Source of the DNA: Paraspadella gotoi | Lineage: Eukaryota > Animalia > Chaetognatha | Assembly: GCA_051294375.1 (NCBI GenBank) | Contig: CM119266.1 | Span: forward strand, 9,680,538 to 9,744,537 | DNA length: 64,000 nucleotides | Direction of reading: 5' to 3' | Shown: positions 36,345 through 47,726 of the stretch, piece after piece | Layout: the number at the start of each line of letters is the position of its first letter | How positions within the stretch are numbered: the stretch's first letter is position 1 | Position numbers and translations under genes: made by a program | The notes under the pieces: model-generated | Databases searched by the model: none | What the model saw: the letters and a program-made list of their open reading frames with translations, nothing else | Told to the model about the DNA's origin: nothing

Positions 36345-37690
36345 ATGAACCCGAAAGCGATCGCGTGCGGCGTCGTTTGCGTCTCCATTCCTGTCGTCGT
36401 CATCGCCCTGGTCGCGACTTCCCTGGGAAGACTTCAAACCCACGAGGTTTCTTATTTTGTATATTACTTAGTCATTTTAATCGTTTAACTTTGTTTCCAA
36501 TTGGTATTTTTATCCTCCAACGATTCTCTAACAGGTCGGACTTATCTATGACACGTTGTGGAAGAAACTAGGAGACATGGTCTTTAATGAAGGACTCCAT
36601 TTAGGCCCCCCGGGATTCAAATTCATCATCTTTCCCTCCATATTTAAGACCATCCAGTTTCCCGACGTGACCGGTAAATGTTTTTTCCTTATGACTTATG
36701 CTCTTTCCCATTCCGCTTCGAAGGGAGCGATCATGTAAAACTAAAAGGCCGTTTTGTTACAGCCATTAGCAAAGACGGCGCGTCCATTCAACTCGATATT
36801 TCATATCAGTACAGGTAAATGACTAAATAGTAATTAAAAATAAAGATTTCCAACATTTTTTTTAGTTGAGGCGTTCACGCTCTTTCCTCTCCCCTTTACA
36901 GAGTTCGCCCCCAAAAGCTGAAGCAAATCATTCTTCAGTTTCAAGATCACGTGACCTTCCGTCGCTTCCTCGAGGTGATCGGCGAGGCCGTCGTCCAAGA
37001 CTCCGTCGCTTACTTCAACACGTCGCAGCTGATGAGTTCGAGGGCCGAGTTCCAGGATAAAGTCCGCTCCGAAATCCGGCAACAGCACGGCCGGATGAAC
37101 TGCGACGTCGCCGACATTCAAGTCGAAAACATTAGGCTGCCGAGGAAATACGAAACCGCGGTGGGTATCGCTAAAAATGAGCTCGACCCGACAGGGTCGA
37201 TTGCATCAGGATACAATTCTTTTCTTGATCTCCCGCCTCCTTTTGCCTCCTCCTGGACCCAACAGGTTCGAGAGAAAGAGGCGGCCCGCGAAGAGATCGA
37301 AGTTGCACGCAGCGAGGAGCCCCGTCTCATCACACAGGCCAAGACGGAGAAGCGAGAGGCCGAGACGGAGGCCAGCATTACCATACACAAGGCCAATACC
37401 AACGCGAGGTCTTAATTTAAACGTTTTCCAGATAAAATTGTTTTGCTTCAGCGCCATCATTAAATATTTTTCTTGTTTTAAGGATTCGATTGACGCAGGC
37501 CGATCGAGAGGCCAATGCCATCGCCCATCAGTTCGCCAAGGATACGGAAACTTTGGTAAACTTAAAAAGCGATTTGGGTCTCTCCAACGCCGGACTTATC
37601 TCGTACATGACGAGCAGGGCTATAGCCCAAAACGAGCACACGGTTTACATCGGCTTGGACGCTCCCGCGAAAACTAGCGTCAAAAAATAA
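36345..37690 (+). CDS. SPFH/band-7 domain membrane protein, 6 exons
   Basis: N-terminal TM (IACGVVCVSIPVVVIALVA); EVGLIYD...EGLHLGPPGFKFIIFP; SKDG...LDISYQYR; DIQVENIRLP; A/E-rich coiled coil. All splice phases are consistent. Confidence 0.82.
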
Positions 37691-38401
37691 AAAAAGGGTT
37701 TCCTAATAGTTATAAAAAACAAAAAGCGCATCCCATATACTCAAGATATTTTCACCGTTGATTCGATATCTCCTTTCAACTCAGGTTTTCCTATCATTTT
37801 TCATACGTGCACGTCAAAACATGATAGTTTGATAACAAAAGAAATTGGAAAATGATCTCCTATTTTTTTTCAATTCCCAAAGCTTTTTTACATTACGTTC
37901 CCCTGAATAATCTTAGTTTTGTACCGTTGCACATAATAAATTTATTCAAATTGTTAGTAAATCGTAGTTTAGACACGACTTACGACTCCTTCAAAAAACA
38001 CTTTCATTTCTTATGCTACAAAGGTGATGTTTTAGTAGTTTTAGTTTCGTTCGTTGTTTATATCTTTCTGGTTCTTTGCGTCCAGGAGGTTCTATACAAA
38101 TCAAATTTTGTATTATGATTTTTGTATTAGTATTGGATCATGACCACGTTATTTATTTGGCCATATTTGACTACAGCACTCATTTTGTGATCACGATTTT
38201 ATTTAGAAACGAAATTGAATGAGACTGGCTTTTTTTGGGGGGGGGTGAGCATGGTGAAAAAATTAAATATGTAACACACTTCGCTTAAACTGTCTTCACT
38301 TGCGATTCTAGTCAAATCTATTGTTGCTTTAAATGGGCCAAAAATTTGTATTTTCCAATCCAGGAATATAATTTTCAAAAATGTCTTTACCAACTTCAAG
38401 A

Positions 38402-38900
38402 ATGATGTTAAAACTCACATATTTGTCGATAATTGGGGTTCTGTGCCTCGACCGTTTGGTTCTGGGAGTGATGGTTGGGGGCGCTAATAATTTAAATCTC
38501 ACAACGGATCATGATGCGCGGAATATTTTTGAGGGCGTCATTCAACCCGCCTGTGACAGTATAAATACGCCGGTTCACATGAAATTATTAAAAGTAACGG
38601 GAGCTACTTTGCAGGTCGGTATCCAATTCAAAACATATTTTTGTCGCGTTACCCGGTTACCCCTTTATATATCAAGTTGTATTGCAGATTGTACAGGGTG
38701 AACTCTACAAATTCGAATTTGTGATGGGAGCTACCAATTGTTTGAAAGATGTGGCAAGCGACGAAGCCTGTCACATCTTGACCGAACCACCACCGTCGTC
38801 GCCAAATTACTCTTGTCACGTCGAACTTTGGCTGCGATCGTGGTTGAATTACCCGGAGAAGGAATCATCCCAAATTGATTGTCAACCAATACAGTCATGA
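38402..38900 (+). CDS. Secreted cystatin-family protease inhibitor; exons 38402-38614, 38688-38900
   Basis: Signal peptide, VGG, QIVQG (QxVxG) across the splice junction, TNC...C...C, W-x-x-SW in place of the PW loop. Confidence 0.85.
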
Positions 38901-39817
38901 AGGGTTCTTTTTTCTTTTTTGTAGTGGATTGGTTTTTATTTGGATTTTGAGTTCATACTCTTTTTCTATCCACTCTAGTCAGTAGACCATAGTATCATAT
39001 CGGAATAAATTATTTGAACTACCTCCGACATGTTTTGATGTCATAATCCACCGTTTTTGAAACTTTATTATGGTTGGATTTCATTGAAATTAATTTAATG
39101 TTTTAAACTATGAGTTTATACTAATTATTTAACTGTAAAACGTCAATGTCAGAACATAAAAACAAGACTTTAAATGACTTGATGTAATGTTTTAAATTTT
39201 ACATGATCATCGAGAACTAAAGAAGATAAATGGTTGTTAACTATCAAAGGGAAAATGAAAATTATACGAAAAAAATATCAGACCAAGTACAGCAACGCAT
39301 AATTATAATACTACATCTAAAATGTAAATGTTACAAAAAGTAACTATGAGAAAAACGCCGTATTTGTATCACAGTATTACGTGACGAATCTACCAGTTGT
39401 GAAGCGACTTACTTCTATTACAACGTCACAACTCTTCTCTCTTTCCTTCATTTTATTATTACTATTTTCGTCTTCTACAGTTGATTCTATTCTTTACAAG
39501 GTACTGTCAGCCTTCATTACATTGGCGATGGTCTACGGGTTTTGAAGTGAAATCATCTTTTCTGTTTATAAGTCATTTTTGTTTATAAATCATTTTTAAT
39601 CTTTCTACTATCTACGATTCTACATATACATAAACTGTGACTTCTTATTTTGTTTGCATTTGGATTGGATTTATTTTGCCCAGATAATGTTAACTTCCGC
39701 TATGCCATGGACACGCGATAACCCGTACACTAGGACCGTTTTCCAGACGGTCCGTATCTTAAATAGAAGATAAGGCTGACCATATTTTAGACTCTCAGGA
39801 AACGACTCGATTCCAAT

Positions 39818-40450
39818 ATGCCGGTTGTCGCGTACAAGCCGCGCATGAAGACTCGTTTGATCGAGTCGGAAAAAGCGGCCAAAAGTCGTGGTATCGATCT
39901 GTCCGATAGGCAGTTAGGTTGGTGCCTCATTTTCGGCGTCGGGGGCCCCGTCGTCATGGTCGCCGGGGCTCTGTATCTCATCGTCCTCAGCAAGATGGGC
40001 CGCCTCGTGCTCTCGACCAAATCGGAGACGGACGTGCCCGGGTTGGAGGTCGGAGTCGGAATAGCGATGCTGTCTTTGGGGGCCTTTTCCGGCATCGCCG
40101 GGGGCTTCTTCTACTGCGAAACCATGAAGACGAGAAGGACGAAGCTCGAGAGGGAAAAGACGAAGGAGCGCCGTTCGTCCCGACTCAAACTGGCCGTCAA
40201 CCCGATGCAGACTATCGAGGAATCCTCCGAGCTGGGCGACGTGGAGACCTTTCCTCGCCCGGGAGGTTCCGACGGCTCTGGTAGGAAGTCGAAGAACAGG
40301 AGAAGATCCTCGATCGAAGACTCCCAGTCGGAATTGCACACGTATCCATTTTCCAGCATGGAAACAATCAGCACTTTGCATGGCGAATCCGAAATTCCTC
40401 CCAATTATTCTTCGTTGTTTCCAATATTATCTGAAACAGAAAAAGACTAA
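39818..40450 (+). CDS. Uncharacterised two-transmembrane protein with disordered cytoplasmic tail
   Basis: Two hydrophobic segments (GWCLIFGVGGPVVMVAGALYLIVL; VGVGIAMLSLGAFSGIAGGFFYC); PPNY (PPxY) near the C-terminus; GC-rich coding-like sequence. Confidence 0.72.
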   Translation: MPVVAYKPRMKTRLIESEKAAKSRGIDLSDRQLGWCLIFGVGGPVVMVAGALYLIVLSKMGRLVLSTKSETDVPGLEVGVGIAMLSLGAFSGIAGGFFYCETMKTRRTKLEREKTKERRSSRLKLAVNPMQTIEESSELGDVETFPRPGGSDGSGRKSKNRRRSSIEDSQSELHTYPFSSMETISTLHGESEIPPNYSSLFPILSETEKD

Positions 40451-40707
40451 ACGGTGATTTTTATTAACTTGGCATCCATTGTATTAATTCCAGTATTTTT
40501 ACTTATATTGCTTATTTCTTATCGACGTTGTTTTCGTTTATATTATTTTGCACCTTTTTACATGAACGATCTCATTTTTGATTTATTTTCCTACGCAAGA
40601 TTACAAGCATTTTTGTATATTTGCATCCAATTCCTACAAAAACAAATGTATAATTTACCCTTTGTAGTTGTTACCCTTTATTAGATTTAAATCGGAAAGC
40701 AGGCGTC

Positions 40708-41583
40708 ATGTGCCTCGTTTCCGCGTTACCTACCGAGATTTGGTGTAAAATTCTCGGATACGTCACTAACGTTCGCGATCTACATCACTTTTCCCTCACA
40801 TGTCGTCGGGCGCACGAACACGTGTCCGGTCATTCACACTGGCGCCCTTTCTCGACAGCGTATGCCGCTCTGACGCGCGTCGTGCCTGACGACGCCTCTG
40901 GGCGCTCCGTCGTGTTCGAGCGCGAGGATCTCGAGCTGCGCTTAGTCGACGGCGAAGGGCAAATGAACAAGCTGACCGCCATGATCTGCGGTGCCGCCAG
41001 AGCCAACGTTGATGCCGCCGAAGACGTCGCCAAGCTCTGCAAATTGTGGGACTCGGAACGCCTTGTCAACGTGGCCAAATCTTCCGCCGACTACCCACGG
41101 AAACACTTTCGACGGCAGCTAATGAAGCGATGCAAGCGGGACTACCGCCTCTTCGAGATTTCTAAGCACCTCGTCGGAAAGAAGGAACTATATGAACATT
41201 ACGCCAATCTAGTCTTCATTGCGGCGCTATACAAGCAACGGTTTTGTTCCTCCGATCTCGTTCACGCCATTCTGACTTCGCTACTTTCCTCGACGGAGGA
41301 GGATCGTTGGTGCTGCGCCTGCCGCATTCTTGTCCTGGCCGGCCACGCCCTCGACTCGGAGCGAACCGCGTCGCGAGTCAAAATGGACGGTTACTTTAGA
41401 ATCCTGAAGTTGACTCTAAGGACGCGGACGCGGTTCTCTTCACGACTCACCTTCATGATCAAGGAGGTCGTTGACAGACGCAAGAACGGTTGGGACAGTC
41501 GAGCGGAAAGATACTTTCAGGCCGTCGAGTGTCCGAAAAGAAAGGTTTTATGGAAAAGCGCTGGAAATTTTACTTTGCTTTGA
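40708..41583 (+). CDS. F-box protein fused to an eIF4G-type MIF4G domain, single exon
   Basis: F-box LPTEIWCKILGYV...DL...SLTCRR; MIF4G blocks FRRQLMKRC, ANLVFIAALYK, CRILVLAGHALD, KMDGYF, SSRLTFMIKEVVDRRKNGW. Confidence 0.82.
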   Translation: MCLVSALPTEIWCKILGYVTNVRDLHHFSLTCRRAHEHVSGHSHWRPFSTAYAALTRVVPDDASGRSVVFEREDLELRLVDGEGQMNKLTAMICGAARANVDAAEDVAKLCKLWDSERLVNVAKSSADYPRKHFRRQLMKRCKRDYRLFEISKHLVGKKELYEHYANLVFIAALYKQRFCSSDLVHAILTSLLSSTEEDRWCCACRILVLAGHALDSERTASRVKMDGYFRILKLTLRTRTRFSSRLTFMIKEVVDRRKNGWDSRAERYFQAVECPKRKVLWKSAGNFTLL

Positions 41584-41777
41584 TTCTGAATCTATAACTT
41601 ACCTAGTGATATTTTTGGCGCAATTTGAGGGCGTAGGCGTCTGAAAAACGGCCAACCCATAACCAGTAGAAATTCGCGGCATTTTTCTTCCTAGTCAGTT
41701 TTAATTTTACTTTTTCATACGCTCTTTTAATTATATTAACATGATGCTCACGAAACGTTCCGGTCTAGTTTTTTTTC

Positions 41778-41808
<31 letters not shown>

Positions 41809-41852
41809 TACATTGTTTTGTTTTTCGATCCGTAAAAGATGCGCGGCGGTCG

Positions 41853-44800
41853 ATGATGGCTTCCACCTGGCGAATACTGATTATATTGCTGTGGTGCGCG
41901 TGCGCCCAACTCCTCGGCCTCTACTTGTTCTCCAAAGGATTTTTACTCAATCGAGTTGAGATACACAATGTCAGTTCGTGTGTCTCCGATGATTCAGCGC
42001 CTTGCGCGCGGAGACCGCAGTTTCGTCGCCTCATCGTCATCGTCGTCGACGCGCTTCGATACGATTTCGCCACCAGCGACTCGACGCTCAAAAACCCTAA
42101 GCCGTTTCAAAACAAAATGCCGGCGTTCGAGCGCCTGCAGACGCTTTACCCCGACTCGACGAAACTCATGGAGTTCGTCGCGGATCCACCGACGACCACC
42201 ATGCAGCGCCTCAAGGGTCTCACCACCGGAAGCTTGCCCACTTTCGTCGACATCGGCGCCAATTTTGACGGATACCGAGTGACGGAAGACAATCTGCTTG
42301 CACAGCTCTACGCCTCAGGAAAATCGGTCGTCTTCGCGGGCGACGACACTTGGACTAATCTCTTTCCCAGTCATTTCCTTCGACAATACCCTTATCCATC
42401 CTTCAACGTCCGGGATCTACACACCGTGGACGAAGGCGTTCGCCGCCATATTCTCCCGGAGATGGAGCGCGACGACTGGACCGTGCTCGTCGGCCACATG
42501 CTCGGCGTCGATCACTGCGGCCATCGATATGGACCCGACCATCCAGAAATGGGCTCCAAGTTGAAGGAGACGAACGAATTCATCGAGCGAGTCGCCGAGC
42601 GGATGGAGAACGACACCCTCTTGATTGTGTTGGGCGATCACGGCATGACCTCTTTCGGCGATCACGGTGGCGACTCGGACAACGAACTCTCGGCGGCGCT
42701 GTTTGTCCACGGTCGTAAGCCTTTCGTCGATCATTCGCGAGACGTTTCGCGCGTTCCTCAAATCGATCTCGTTCCGACTCTCTCGTTATTGATGGGAACC
42801 CCTGTCCCTTTCTCTAATCTGGGCAAACCGATTCTCAGTCTCTTCCCATCTCTCGATGATCAACTTTTCGCCGTCGACGCTACTCTCCGTCAAGTCGAGA
42901 GATACCTCCGCATTTACGCCGGCGTCTCCAATGACATTCCGATCGAAGACTCGAGACTTTTATCGAAACTCTACGAAGACTTGAGCTCCGTTTCCGATCG
43001 GAATCGACTCGATCTAGCTACTCGTTACTTGGAGACGGTGCGGGAAGTCTGCGAAAAGATTTGGGCTAAATTCAACGTAACCTTCATCGTTCTCGGCCTT
43101 TTCGTAATTTTTCTCTCCATCGTCGTCGTCGTCACTCTCTTCAGCGACACGCGAATCTTCGTCGTCGACGACTACTTTCAAAGATTGTGCTACATTTTCG
43201 CCATTTCCACAATCGTGGGCGTCTTAGAACTCATTGTGCCGAGGCTCGTGGTGTCCCCGGTTCCGGTCACCGAGGGAATCGTCTCATTTACCGGCGCCAT
43301 CCTCGGCGTCGTCCTCGTCGCCAAGAGAGCCTACGTGGATGACGAAGAGCGGGGCGCCGCCAAAGCGTGGCACCGTCTCCGTCGTCCCTCGATCGGAGGC
43401 GTTGCGGCGACGGTCGCGATCGGCTTCTGGTGCGCCTCCGCCTTTTCCAACTCTTTCGTCGTCGGTGAAGATCGCGTCGTCGCTTTCGTCTTCAACTCGC
43501 TGCTCTGGTTTGTCGTCGTGCATTCGATCACCAAACGAGGGAAAGATCCGACAACGCCGCAGACGCAGAACAGCGGAAAATCGAAGGCGCCGCGGCAGAA
43601 TCTCGGCGACTGGATTCTGCACTGGAAGACTCTCCTGGTGCTGGCGACGTTGGCGGTCTCCTGCTTGGTAGCGTTGTCGCGCTACTTGGGTCAAGCGTGT
43701 CGCGAGGAGCAGTTTTGGTGCGACTCGTCCTGGTTTTTGGAACCTCTCTCGTCGTTTCAAAGAGGAAAACAATTAGGAGCGGGACTGAACATTCGGTGAG
43801 TTGAGGCTAATTTTCTTAGTCACTTTTAGTAAATTATAATTTAAAATCAAATTTAAATTAAAAATTCGTTTCTATGTTTAAAAATCATCTAAGTATTTAA
43901 ATTAAATTTAAAATAAATCAAAATTAAATTAAATTTAGTTACCATTAAAGCCCAATAAAAGAATTACTTTTGCCATTGAATGCCTTATTTTAACAGTTAC
44001 TTCGGCTCCGTCTTCGTTCTCGTCGGCACAGTTTACTGCTTTCAAAAACTTCTTCGACACGACGGAAATCTCAGCGGCGAGAGCGTTCCTGTTTTGACGA
44101 CCAAGTTCTTCACTCCTCTCCTCGTCGTCTTCCTCTCCCTTCACTGGGCATCGCACGAAAAGCTCCCGGCCTGGCAACAGGCGTTCATGCCTCGAGCCGT
44201 TTACGTTCTAGTCGGGGCGCTGCTCCTCGTCTTCGCCTGGAATCCGCTGCTGCTTTATTTTGTTCACTTTCCTAGTCCCTTCGACTGCGAGAACACTCGG
44301 CTAAACCTCGGCTACGGTTCCGCCGAGGAACTCGTCCGCCTCGCCTACCGTCGCATCAAAACCAATTGGCGGGAGCATCTTAAGTCGTCAACGAGCAACG
44401 GCGACGCGATGGCGGGAACGAAGCCGCGCGACGTTCCGCCTCCTCACGCATTCGGTCTCGCTACAGCCTACTCGTCTTCAATCATCGTGGTCTCGATCGC
44501 TCTCTTCCTCTTAATCTCAATGGTCTTGGGGGACGGCCTGGTCTTCGCTTTGATATGCTACCTGGGAGTGTCGGCCTTGTGGCTGGAGATCTATTCCTCG
44601 ACGTTGTTCGCGCGACCTGACGCTTCCAAGACGATGACGGGATCCACTTTCGCCGCTTACCTGCTCGTCCCCTGGTGGGCCGTCGTTGGCTGGGGTCTGC
44701 TCGTCTCCGTCTTCTACTTTTATACCGGCCATCAATCGTCCATCCCTAACATCCCGTGGACGGCGGCTTTTCATGGTGTCAACGTCGATCATGCCCCAAG

Positions 44801-45248
44801 AGTCATCGTCGCCGCTCTCGTCTCTCTTAACCTCTTCGCGTCAGACGTGCTCGGCGCTCTCTCGCTACCCCTGCTCATCCTTTGGCCGTACGCACGCGGC
44901 GGGCTCGCCTTTACCTTTTCCAAGCGCTACTCGTCACCAGTGGCCGACCAAAAGCACGAAGTGGCCCTGCAGGACAATCAACGAGTAGTTTCGGTGGCCG
45001 TGCTCAAACTGGTACTCGCCTACCTCTTATTCGCCTCGCTGCGGCTATTCTCGGCGACGGCCGCGGCGGCGCTTCATCGGCGCCACCTCATGGTATGGAA
45101 GATCTTCGCGCCGCGTTTCGTCTTCGAGGGCGCGAGGTTCGTCGTCGTCGCCGTCTCGCTCGTCGCCAGCGTCGCCCTTTTCTTCAGGATCGACGCCCAA
45201 ATTAGGAAGTGGCTCACAAACGTTCAAGAAAGAATCGTGAAAAAATGA
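41853..45248 (+). CDS. PIGO: GPI ethanolamine phosphate transferase 3; exons 41853-43795, 43997-45248
   Basis: FSKGFLL; VDALRYDF; FVADPPTTTMQRLKGLTTGSLPTFVD; GVDHCGHRYGPDHPEM; FSNSFVV.ED; TGHQ...IPW.AAF.G; RRHLMVWKIFAPRFVFE. Confidence 0.96.
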
Positions 45249-45459
45249 AACGGAGAAGAAGGGTTTTAATTGGAGTGAAATTGGTGTGGGAGAACTTTTA
45301 TTTATTTTTGACGCTAGCATATTAGTTGTTTTTTGATGCAGTCCTTTTTGTTTGTTTATTTTTTTTCAATAAATTGTTTTACAGATTACACAGTGTATTT
45401 ACGTTTTTTGTATCGCGACAAACAGTTTTCTGAGAAATAAGCTAGCTCATCGACATTAT

Positions 45460-47695
45460 ATGGGAAAACTCTGTTCCAAACATGCTCGCAAAGTTGAAAA
45501 AGAGTCGAACTCAATGGCGAGCAATATATCGGCCTTATACGCGAGAAAGGAGAGCAACTCGCCACCTCCCAACATGAACCAGTCCGTTTGAGATAGTTAA
45601 CTGACTTTGGACAATGGACATTTAAAATGTTTAGCTCCGTTTTTTCTTTTTTATAGCAAAAGGCGACCTGCTTTCAAGTTTCGAAAAGTAAAGTTCCTTT
45701 CAGGTGAATCGCGGTTGAACTGGATTTTTTAAACAAAAAAAGAGAACATAAATTGAATTAAAGAAATAGAATAAAAAATCTTAAAAGCATAAGGATCAAG
45801 CCATGATGATAGTCATTCATTGATGCGATGATAGTCATTCATTCATCGTAAATAAAACAAACAAATGCGTGTATGAGTGAAAGAGAGAGAGAGAGAGAGA
45901 GAGAGGCTGGACAGTTTTCCCGCCAACGAAACGCAATCAGAATTTTTAGGGAAAAAATCCACGAAAATCTCGGATGTAAATTTGGGATTTTGTATTGAGA
46001 AAAAAGCGCGGAATAAATGGCGATAATAAAAGTTTTTAGAAGGAAAAAAAGAGAGAGAGAGAGAGAGAGAGAAGCTGGACAGCCGCTGGACCGCCGCTGG
46101 ACCGCCGCTGCACCGCCGCTGCAGAGCTGAACTCATTTTCCAACGAATATGAGTAGGGACGAACTCTTTTCCTTTCTATAAAAAAAATATTACAAAATAA
46201 ATATTTGGGTATAGAGCCATATAGAAAATTTTTGTACATTGAAAGTAAACTTAAAAATGCATAAATTTTCGTTTGAGCATGTTCCCATACTAAATTTTTG
46301 ATTCACCCCATTGAGAGGGGCTACCCCTATTCAGAAGAAAAAAAACTTGATAAAGCTAAACTCTTTTCAATAATAATGATCCAAAAATTATAATCCCTAT
46401 TAACAAAATATATAGTTGAAAATACTCAGTTAACGACTATGATATTTTTGACTTCCAAATATTTTTTTTCCCTCATTTTTAAAAATTTTAATCTTGAATG
46501 AAATTTTTGATTGTTCTTTTTTTAGGAAGAAACCAGACCGAGGTCAAATTTTATATTTGCATATTTAATTAATTTATAAATAGTTATCACAACTCAAATA
46601 ATTATTTTTTAAAAAAAAGATAAAAATGATTAAATATATACACTAAAAATATTTATAATTTAATAATAGTATAAATTATCAGAATAACAAAAAAAGTAAT
46701 GTTTAATTTGACTATATCTCTCTTATCAACTCCTATTTTAGATATAATTTGCCAATAGTGGGCCAACCGGTTCAAAGTTACAATAATAAATAAATACAAA
46801 TTTATTTTTTTTAAATGTAATGCATATTGTTCGCCGAAAGTGCTGCATATATAATAAGTCACATTAGCTGATTTACATGTGACAATGCATGTCAATATAA
46901 GTTATTCTTCACTTTTTTTAAAATGTATCCACGAAAATCTCGGATTTAAATTTGGGATTTTGTATTGAGAAAATAAGTTTTTGAGAATAAAAGTTTTTAG
47001 AAAAAAAAACATAATCATAATTTTTCAAAAAAAGAACGATCACGCAAGAGATCGTAAAGAGAGAAAGAGACAGAAAGAGAGAGAAAGAGAGACAAAGCTG
47101 GACAGCTGCTTGAAGGCCGCTGTACAGTCAGTGCAGAAACTGAACTCGTTTTTTCTGAAATAAAAGAATAAAAGAAATAAAAGAAAGGCAAAAAATGTTA
47201 TAATGGTTTACAATTGGAAATTTTTACAATTTTTTCCAATCGCAGCTTGTAAAAGATTTTATTTTTATTTGTATTAAAATTAAGATATAGCTTCTCATTA
47301 AAAAGTTATTTTGAGTTCCCATTTTTATTAGAGATTTAAAAAAAAATTTTTGAATTTCATCTTCAATATTATATACTGCAATATGTAAATTAGATTAAAG
47401 CATTTCTATATACTAATTTGGATATGATAATGAGTACTATAATCTCATTTGCATATTGCAGTAAATCATAATGAAGTGGAAATTCAAACAAAAAATACTT
47501 AAATCCAAATGTAATAAGAAAATATCAAAGCTATTTCAAGATGAGAAGCCATATCTAAATTTTTAACTTACTATGAATGCACACTTTTGTAAAACTTTAT
47601 CATAATTCATAATAATTTTTATTTTAAAAAAAACGGTAAGTCACAGCCAAACCTATAAAAGCGTAGTAGTTTTTATTTAAAAACAGCGTAACGGC

Positions 47696-47726
<31 letters not shown>

